Below, piece after piece: positions 1-6,289 of a stretch of DNA of 32,000 nt. The number at the start of each line of letters is the position of its first letter. Position 1 is the stretch's first letter. The stretch lies in NCBI RefSeq assembly GCF_000189295.2, contig NC_016803.1, forward strand, positions 2,760,001 to 2,792,000, read 5' to 3'. The notes below the pieces were generated by a model. That model worked only from the letters and a program-made list of their open reading frames with translations. It ran no database searches and was not told where the DNA came from. Made by a program: the position numbers and the translations under genes. The stretch is from Pseudodesulfovibrio mercurii (lineage in GTDB: Bacteria > Desulfobacterota > Desulfovibrionia > Desulfovibrionales > Desulfovibrionaceae).

Positions 1-456
1 CGCCTGAAAGGTCTGGGTCCCTCCGACGCGGCGGTAGCTGCCGTCCTGGAGGAACCGCAGCAGCCGGGGTTGCTGTGAAAGCGGCATTTCGCCGATTTCG
101 TCCAGGAAGAGGCAGCCGCCGTCCGCCGCCTTGACCAGGCCGTCCGTGGCCCTGTCGGCGCCGGTGTACGCCCCCTTGTCGTGCCCGAACAATTCGGAGG
201 AGAACAGGGCGTCGGTGAAGTCGGCGCAGTTGAGGCGGACGATGCGGCCGCCGTATCGGGACAGGCTCCGGATGTGGTCGGCCAGGAGCTCCTTGCCCGT
301 GCCCGACTCCCCGTGGATCAGGACGGGACGGTCGGACAGGGCCGCGACCTTGGCGAAGTCGCGGACCCGCTCCATGGCGGCGCATTCGCCGATCATCGCC
401 TTGACCGGGGACGGATTGCGGAAGAGCCTCGCCTCGTTGGTGCCGGTCCTGATCAT
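1..456 (-). CDS. sigma-54-dependent transcriptional activator (bEBP), N-terminal part only; the gene runs off the left edge
   Basis: Reverse-strand translation from the ATG at 456 (AGGAGG 9 nt upstream): MIRTGTNEARLFRNPSPVKAMIGECAAMERV...VLIHGESGTGKE (Walker A)...GHDKGAYTGA (GAFTGA-type sigma-54 contact loop)...GGCLFLDEIGEM (Walker B)...LLRFLQDGSYRRVGG. The AAA+ core starts about 20 aa after the start codon, so there is no receiver or sensor domain. It is missing from the supplied ORF track because it has no stop codon inside the window. Confidence 0.85.
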   Translation of the reverse strand, partial: MIRTGTNEARLFRNPSPVKAMIGECAAMERVRDFAKVAALSDRPVLIHGESGTGKELLADHIRSLSRYGGRIVRLNCADFTDALFSSELFGHDKGAYTGADRATDGLVKAADGGCLFLDEIGEMPLSQQPRLLRFLQDGSYRRVGGTQTFQA

Positions 457-714
457 GATGTCCCCCTCCTTGTCTGTTTCCGATCCATCGCGTGAGGGAC
501 CTCCCCTCACACCAGGGCCTTTTGGCGGCCAACGGAAACTCGCGTCGGTTTTGTCGGGAAAACAGGCGGGAGATATCAGGTGATTTACATAAATGGCTTG
601 ATATGTTCGCTGGTTGGGAGTTAACACAAGACAGTGTATTTTCGGGGACGGCAGCGTGTTCCGTTCCGGCCCGCCTGTCAGGCGCCATCGGACGGGGGTG
701 CGGGGACGGCCCGG

Positions 715-730
715 TGGCGAGGTTGTTGCA
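715..730 (+). promoter_or_regulatory. candidate sigma-54 (-24/-12) promoter
   Basis: TGGCGAGGTTGTTGCA has GG at 716-717 and GC at 728-729. That is exactly the spacing of the TGGCAC-N5-TTGCW consensus. It lies 61 nt upstream of the ATG at 791, in the 334-bp spacer shared with the divergent bEBP gene. Confidence 0.5.
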
Positions 731-790
731 AAGGATCATATCGGGGGCGTTGCGTTTTTGCCCGGCGTCCCCTGTTGGAGAGGAAGTGGC

Positions 791-2092
791 ATGCCGTCTG
801 AGGAATGGATCAACTGGCTGCGTTCGCCGGAGGCCAAGAAGCCGATCAAGCAGTGCGTGCTCGATGTGTGCTGCGAGATGCGCCAGGGGAGCTACAATCG
901 GGAAATCTGGCCCTACGGGGGCGTCGCCCTGGGCCGGGGAGAGCTGGACTGGTTCCGCAATCATGACAACCTGCCCCGTCCGGACGCCCCGGACGTCTCC
1001 CGCCGCAAGGTCGAGCTTCTCCACGACATATGGAACGAACTCGTCTACTACCTGATGCACGGCAGCTACCGGTTGCTCGATGAGTGGCACGAACGGCAGC
1101 AGGAAACGGGAGAGGGCGGAAAGGCCGGGTCCGAGCCGCGCCGGAGCGTGCCCTGGTCCGCGCAGAATCTGCATCTGGCCCGAAGCGGGAACAGCATCAT
1201 GCTGGCCCGGAACATCAAGCGCGGATTCCTCTACAGCGTGAAGTCGTTGCGGCGCATGGACCAGACCAGGCACGCCCTGTACCGGAAATGGGGCGACGCC
1301 ATGAACAACGACGCGGAGCGCTTCACGTATATGGCGCGAAAGGGCGTCGTGGGCGGACGCTGGTACGCCCCGGCGGGGCGGGGGGCCGAGAAGGCGCTCG
1401 CCGAGGAGGCCTACCTGGGGCTCCATTACGGCGAGTGGCCGGCGGATCGGGACGTCTCGCTCTCGATGTTCAGTCCCGAGACCCCCAAGCTGGCGATCCA
1501 GGCCATGAAGCGATGCAGCCTCTTCTTCTGGGAGGAGGCGCGGGAGCGGCTGTGGGCCGACGGGCCGACGGCCGAAGAGTACCTCGTCTCCCTGTGGCAT
1601 TTCGTTGACTACATGTTTGCCCAGTACGGGTTGCAGGCCATGGACGGCCTGACCGCGACCATCGACAGCGGGAGCCCCCGAGACGAGGAGGGCGGCTCGC
1701 GGGACATCGCCGCGTTGCTCCCGGACCGGCCCGGTGGCGAAGGCCTGGAAGCGGAAATGGACGGCCTGGAGCTCGGTGCCCTGGCGGAGCGGTTGTGCAG
1801 GATGCTGGACCCGGACGAGGCCAGGCTGCTGCTGCTTTTTTCGCGGGGCGCGCAGCGCAGGGACATCATGGCGGACATGGGCCTGAACGGCACGCGGTAT
1901 CTGGATTTGCGCAAGAGCGTGCGTCAGGGGGTCCGGGAGTTCCTTGTCAGGAACGACTTGAGCGAAGACAGGGACGGGACCTGCGAATTCGCCCGGCAAC
2001 TGTTCCGTTCCCTTGTTGAAAGGCAGCAGGAGAGCGACCGGGACGACGGCGACAACGGCGCGGATGGGCGGCGTGGCCGCCCGCGCGGATAA
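791..2092 (+). CDS. hypothetical protein (433 aa) with a sigma-70 region-4-like HTH at the C-terminus
   Basis: Start chosen at ATG 791 (GGAGAGGAAG upstream) inside the 614..2092 ORF. The C-terminal segment LDPDEARLLLLFSRGAQRRDIMADMGLNGTRYLDLRKSVRQGVREFL (nt 1805..1945) looks like ECF/sigma-70 region 4.2. I cannot recognise a region 2 in the N-terminal 330 aa. The C-terminal tail is acidic and Gly/Arg-rich. Confidence 0.7.
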   Translation: MPSEEWINWLRSPEAKKPIKQCVLDVCCEMRQGSYNREIWPYGGVALGRGELDWFRNHDNLPRPDAPDVSRRKVELLHDIWNELVYYLMHGSYRLLDEWHERQQETGEGGKAGSEPRRSVPWSAQNLHLARSGNSIMLARNIKRGFLYSVKSLRRMDQTRHALYRKWGDAMNNDAERFTYMARKGVVGGRWYAPAGRGAEKALAEEAYLGLHYGEWPADRDVSLSMFSPETPKLAIQAMKRCSLFFWEEARERLWADGPTAEEYLVSLWHFVDYMFAQYGLQAMDGLTATIDSGSPRDEEGGSRDIAALLPDRPGGEGLEAEMDGLELGALAERLCRMLDPDEARLLLLFSRGAQRRDIMADMGLNGTRYLDLRKSVRQGVREFLVRNDLSEDRDGTCEFARQLFRSLVERQQESDRDDGDNGADGRRGRPRG

Positions 2093-2117
2093 CCGGCGGC
2101 GGCGATGGAGAGACAAG

Positions 2118-3182
2118 ATGCTCAATGACGACGAATTGCGCGAAGCGCTGGAGACGATGTACCAATTGCGGTTCTGCCCGCCGGACCGGATTCTGTTCGC
2201 CCCGGACGGGAACGAGGACCTGCGGCGGCATGTCGAGACCTGCGGCGTGTGCCGCGAACGGCGGGCCATGGACCGGGAGACGCGGGACGCCTGGGGGGCT
2301 GTGGCCGAGGGCCTTGCGCGGGCCGCTTCGCCGTCGCGACCGGACGCGGCCCCCGGGCAGGTCTGGTCCCTGAGCCCTCGCCTGGAGGGCTGGGGCGCGC
2401 GGTCGCGCCACTACAACGCGCCCATGGTCCTGATCCTCCGCCGTGGGAAGGATGCCGTGGAGGCGGCCCAGCTCTGTCCGGATGCCGGGCTCGCCGGGCC
2501 CGCCGACGTCGACCTGGGCCCGGACTACGGCCTGGCCCAGGGCTGGAACCGCCTCAGTCTCCCCGTGGCGGCCCTGGACGCCTGCTGGGGCTCCGTCCCG
2601 GCGTCGCTGGTGGACGCGACCCTGCGCGCGGCCGTCGCGGACGACGACGCGCCCGAGGATTCGCCGCTGTATTTCTTCCGCAGCCTGGAACGGGCGGTCG
2701 CAGCCGAAATGGGCGCCCGGGCCGCCGACCTGGCCCCGGTCGAGGCCGGTCCGTCCCTGTTGGAACGGGTCGTCGCCTACCTCCGGGGCGTCGGGGCCGT
2801 GGTGGCCGACGGGGCGCGAAACGCTGAAGAGGCCCTGGCCTCCGCGATCTTCCCGCCGGAATGGGCCGCGGCCCGTGCCGCCGAAGGTGACCTGGCCGTG
2901 GTGGTCGTGGCCCGTCTCGACCAGCCGGACATCGAGATCGAGTTGAAAACGGTCGCCCTGCGCGTCTTGCCGAATCCGCAGGGCGGCGTGGTCTTCGCCA
3001 GCGCCCGGCACGGCCTGGGCGCTGTCAGGCGCCTGTCCGCCTGGCACGCGACGCCGTCCGGTGGGCTGGAGCCCGGAAAGAGCGATCTGTCACCGGACGG
3101 AGAGCGCTTCATGCTCGTCTTCACGGAGTTGCCGCCGGACGAGGCGCGCATTGACCGTCTCAGGATCGTGGCCGAGGTGTAG
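2118..3182 (+). CDS. putative zinc-binding anti-sigma factor-like protein (ZAS motif), cytoplasmic, 354 aa
   Basis: ATG 2118 with GGAGAG upstream, 25 nt after the preceding stop. The N-terminus MLNDDELREALETMYQLRFC(20)PPDRILFAPDGNEDLRRH(38)VETC(42)GVC(45)RERR contains H-x3-C-x2-C (nt 2229..2252) plus an upstream Cys, the ZAS arrangement seen in RsrA/ChrR-type anti-sigmas. No hydrophobic segment long enough to be a TM helix. Confidence 0.7.
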   Translation: MLNDDELREALETMYQLRFCPPDRILFAPDGNEDLRRHVETCGVCRERRAMDRETRDAWGAVAEGLARAASPSRPDAAPGQVWSLSPRLEGWGARSRHYNAPMVLILRRGKDAVEAAQLCPDAGLAGPADVDLGPDYGLAQGWNRLSLPVAALDACWGSVPASLVDATLRAAVADDDAPEDSPLYFFRSLERAVAAEMGARAADLAPVEAGPSLLERVVAYLRGVGAVVADGARNAEEALASAIFPPEWAAARAAEGDLAVVVVARLDQPDIEIELKTVALRVLPNPQGGVVFASARHGLGAVRRLSAWHATPSGGLEPGKSDLSPDGERFMLVFTELPPDEARIDRLRIVAEV

Positions 3183-3188
3183 CTTCCG

Positions 3189-5309
3189 ATGGCGTGGAGT
3201 TTTCAGGAGCTGGCCGACTGGGCCGCCTTTCCGGAACGGCTCGCCTGTTTCGAGGCGGACCTGCTGGCCGTCGCCGCCTGTCCGTGGCCGGAGACCGGGG
3301 ACGGCCTGCGCCGTTGCGCCGAGGCCGTGGCCGGGGCGGGGGCGGACGGCGTGCAGGCCCAGCTGTGGAGTGCGGCGCTGGCTTCCCGGTTGCTGCATCC
3401 CGAACGGGCGCCCGCCTGGGCAACGGACTGGCTGACGGCGTCCTTTTCGCCCGGTGACGTGGGCTTGCCGTTTTCCTGGGCGGAACTGTTCCGCTGGAGT
3501 TGGTCGGCGGCCCCCTTCGTGGTGGGCGCGGAGGGCCGGGGACGGCTGATTCACGCCCTGGCCGGGCGTGGTGACGGCGACGAGCGCCCGTTGCTCCCGT
3601 ACTGGGCGGCCGACAAGTTGGGTCCATCGTCCATTCGGGGGGTGGAGGAGGCGGCGCGGGCGGCCCGCCGACAACCCGGCCACGCTGACCGGCGATTCTT
3701 CTTCTGGCCCCAAGTGCGGTTCTCGCGGCGGCGTCAGTCGTGCGACGGCGGGTCCCTCGGGCTGGCCGCCTACCTCGGCTTCATCGGTGAGCCCGGTGAC
3801 GCGCGCGTGGTGGCCACGGGCGTGGTGGGCGGAGGCGAGACCGTGGGCGGGGTGGAGCGGCTGCGGCGCAAATACCGGGCCGTACCGTCCGGCCACGCCT
3901 TTCTCTATTCCCCGGCCGTGGGCGCCGCCCTGCCGGATTGCGACGGGGCGGGCGCAAGGGCCTATGCCGTCGGGACCCTGCGGGAGGCCCGGTTCATCAG
4001 CCGCTTTCACGGGGCCGGTTGCGACGATCAACTGCATCGGCTCTACCGCGCCCGGGGCAATGCGACGGCGGTGGCCCAGTTGCTGGACGAGGTGCCGGGC
4101 GAGGCCCTGGCCCTGATCGAGCGGAACGAGGGGCTCGTGGCCGAGTCCTTCAGCGCAGGCTTTTCGGAAATGGGACTGAAGGTCCTGATCGACATCGTGA
4201 TGCGGGGCGTGCTGGACTACGCCAACCATGCCGACATGCTGCATGTGGTCATGGACGGGCTGACGCGCGAGGTCGTTGCCGGGACCGCCGCGCTCGGCGG
4301 GTTGCCGCCCGCGCAGCTCTGCGAGTTGAAAGCGCGCTGGTTCAGCATGCGGGGAGACGCGGCAAAGAGCGACCGGTGGAGCCGCCTGTCGGCCGATTAC
4401 GCGGCCCACCTGAGCGCCCGGGACAGGCGGCAGTGGCTGCTGATCCGGTTGCACGGCGGCCTGGTCAACCGGCATCACAACCGGTACGACTTCACCCCCG
4501 AAGTGCCGGAGGATTTCCTCGGCGAACTGGAAAAGCTCGAAAACGTCTGCTCCCTGTACGAGCGGACCTACGGGCACGGCTCGCCGGACATGGAGGAGCT
4601 GGCCGCCCTGTACGGAACGCTGGCCCAGCACTTCGCCTTTTGCGGGCCCGAGTATTTCGGGCAGGTCGAAAGATGCGCGGGTCTCTGCCGCCGCTGTTTC
4701 AAGGGGGCGGACCTCCTGCCCGCGGACCGTTCCCGGAGCTATCTCCTGTTCGCCGCCCTGGACGCCGGGGAAGACGCCGCCGCCCGCCAGGCCCTGGTGG
4801 AATACCTGGGCGGCGAGTCGCTGGACGCCGTGGCCCAGGACGATCCGCAGCGCGTCTTCAAGCTGTTCGCCGCTGTCCGCTACGCCGTGGACTCGGGACG
4901 GGGCTTTCCCGGCGTGCTCGATTTCGCCCGCGCGGCCTCGGCCTCCGAGCCCGAGGGTTTCTTCGCGGGCTATCCCTGGAATCTCATCCTGTGCGGGCTG
5001 GCGCGCCTCATCCGTGGCGAGGACAGGGAACGGGCGGGCGTCCTGCTCGACAGGGCCTGGGAAATCAGCCTGGCCGGGGAGGCGACGGTCCAGGCCATGG
5101 CCCTGGTCCCGCTCTCCTGGCGGCTGGAGCTCGGCATGAAGGACGACGCGCTTCAGGGCATGACGGCGACGACCCTGGACCGGCTCAGGGGACTCGACGA
5201 ACTGTGCCTCGATCATTTCCGCCCCGTCCTGGAGGCGCCGGACTGGCAACGCGCCCTCGCCGAGGTCGTGGCCCGGCGAAGCCGCCTTTTCCCCTTCACC
5301 TATCGCTGA
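3189..5309 (+). CDS. hypothetical 706-aa protein: Lon/S16-like Ser-Lys protease-like segment followed by a long alpha-helical (repeat-like) region
   Basis: ATG 3189 lies 6 nt after the preceding stop, so the genes look translationally linked. Residues 186-230, DGGSLGLAAYLGFIGEPGDARVVATGVVGGGETVGGVERLRRKY (nt 3744..3878), are colinear with the Lon C-terminal core DGPSAGIAM...VAMTGEITLRG.VLPIGGLKEK (Ser in DG-x-S-x-G, a T-G pair, Lys about 40 residues later). The rest is Leu/Ala/Arg-rich helical sequence. Confidence 0.72.
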   Translation: MAWSFQELADWAAFPERLACFEADLLAVAACPWPETGDGLRRCAEAVAGAGADGVQAQLWSAALASRLLHPERAPAWATDWLTASFSPGDVGLPFSWAELFRWSWSAAPFVVGAEGRGRLIHALAGRGDGDERPLLPYWAADKLGPSSIRGVEEAARAARRQPGHADRRFFFWPQVRFSRRRQSCDGGSLGLAAYLGFIGEPGDARVVATGVVGGGETVGGVERLRRKYRAVPSGHAFLYSPAVGAALPDCDGAGARAYAVGTLREARFISRFHGAGCDDQLHRLYRARGNATAVAQLLDEVPGEALALIERNEGLVAESFSAGFSEMGLKVLIDIVMRGVLDYANHADMLHVVMDGLTREVVAGTAALGGLPPAQLCELKARWFSMRGDAAKSDRWSRLSADYAAHLSARDRRQWLLIRLHGGLVNRHHNRYDFTPEVPEDFLGELEKLENVCSLYERTYGHGSPDMEELAALYGTLAQHFAFCGPEYFGQVERCAGLCRRCFKGADLLPADRSRSYLLFAALDAGEDAAARQALVEYLGGESLDAVAQDDPQRVFKLFAAVRYAVDSGRGFPGVLDFARAASASEPEGFFAGYPWNLILCGLARLIRGEDRERAGVLLDRAWEISLAGEATVQAMALVPLSWRLELGMKDDALQGMTATTLDRLRGLDELCLDHFRPVLEAPDWQRALAEVVARRSRLFPFTYR

Positions 5310-5545
5310 TCGGCCCGACAGGCCCCGCCTGCGGGATGGTCTGCGGTCTTGCGCCGCGCGGCCTTGCCGGGCGCCCCTCCTGTCGGGGCGACTTTCCTCT
5401 CCCTTTTCCCGCAATCAGGGCGACATGTTTCATTTTATCGGCCCTGTTCTCCACCCGGTACGCGTTGGCCGCCATAAGGGAGGTTGGCGCGCGGCGAAAA
5501 TCCGCGACGCCGGACGACGCCCGCAACAAACCAAAGGAGAACGCA

Positions 5546-6289
5546 ATGCTTCGTCAACAACGAGTGGAGAGGGCCCTGTTCAATCATTTACCATTGGTCG
5601 TGGCGGGAATCAGGGAGGTCTTGGAGGAGCGCTGCGCGGCCGGGGCCGTTGTCCTGCATCTGGCTCCGCAGGTCGAGCGAATGCTGCGGGACGCCTATGC
5701 GCGGGAGGTGACGCCGGTGGGGGACGTGCTGCGTTTTTTGGGCGAGGACGCCGAAAGCAGTCCGCGAAGCCTGGCGGCGCTGGGTTTTCTCAACGCGCTT
5801 CAGGCCCGGCTGTCCGAGGTCCTGGAAGCGGTCGCCGACCTGTCCAACCTCGAGGAGGCAAAGCTGTGGGCGTGGGTGGAACGCCGCTGTTTCGCTCCCC
5901 GCATGATGCTCGACTTCCGGCATCTGGCCGTTGTTGCGGAGACGCCGCGCATCGATGAGATCGAGCTCATGGAGGCCATCATGGGGAAGGATCGAACGGA
6001 ACTCGCGACCATCCGGGCCGGGGTGGTCGAGCGGGGCGCGACGCAGAACAATTTCGGATTCGATCTCGTGTGCCAGCTGTTGGCCGGAGAACCTGTCCGC
6101 ACCGGGTTGCAGCGGATATGGCGAACGGATTCCATCAAGCGGGCCGTGGCCATCCGCGACCGCCTTCAGACCCTTCCCATCGAGGAGCGGCAACGGTTTC
6201 CCGGCCACGCCGTCATGCTCCACCTGGCCGAGTTCACGCTGGAGCGGCTCCGCCTGCGCGTAACGGCCGAAACGGCCCGCCGCCGCTAG
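5546..6289 (+). CDS. hypothetical protein, 247 aa
   Basis: ATG 5546 is preceded by AAAGGAGAA. The frame is open to TAG 6287..6289. The composition looks like real coding sequence (MLRQQRVERALFNHLPLVVAGIREVLEE...). I recognise no motif. A 236-bp gap separates it from the upstream gene. Confidence 0.62.
   Translation: MLRQQRVERALFNHLPLVVAGIREVLEERCAAGAVVLHLAPQVERMLRDAYAREVTPVGDVLRFLGEDAESSPRSLAALGFLNALQARLSEVLEAVADLSNLEEAKLWAWVERRCFAPRMMLDFRHLAVVAETPRIDEIELMEAIMGKDRTELATIRAGVVERGATQNNFGFDLVCQLLAGEPVRTGLQRIWRTDSIKRAVAIRDRLQTLPIEERQRFPGHAVMLHLAEFTLERLRLRVTAETARRR

Noticed and set aside
614-790. Longer start for the first operon gene (492-aa version).
   Set aside because: The upstream 59 codons are low-complexity Arg/Gly-rich and would cover the candidate sigma-54 promoter. 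ATG 791 has a GGAGAGGAAG ribosome-binding site.
5337-5352. Sigma-54-like element TGGTCTGCGGTCTTGC upstream of the 247-aa gene. A similar GGGGTTGAGCAATATGC lies upstream of the giant gene (about 11892..11908, minus strand).
   Set aside because: In both, the GG-to-GC spacing is one nucleotide too long. The -24/-12 spacing is essentially invariant, so these were not called.
3090-5414. 774-aa ORF on the minus strand.
   Set aside because: It is an antisense shadow of the 3189..5309 gene. The composition is extreme in Arg/Gly/Pro/Ala, as expected for out-of-frame reading of GC-rich DNA. There are no motifs, and it spans both flanking intergenic regions.
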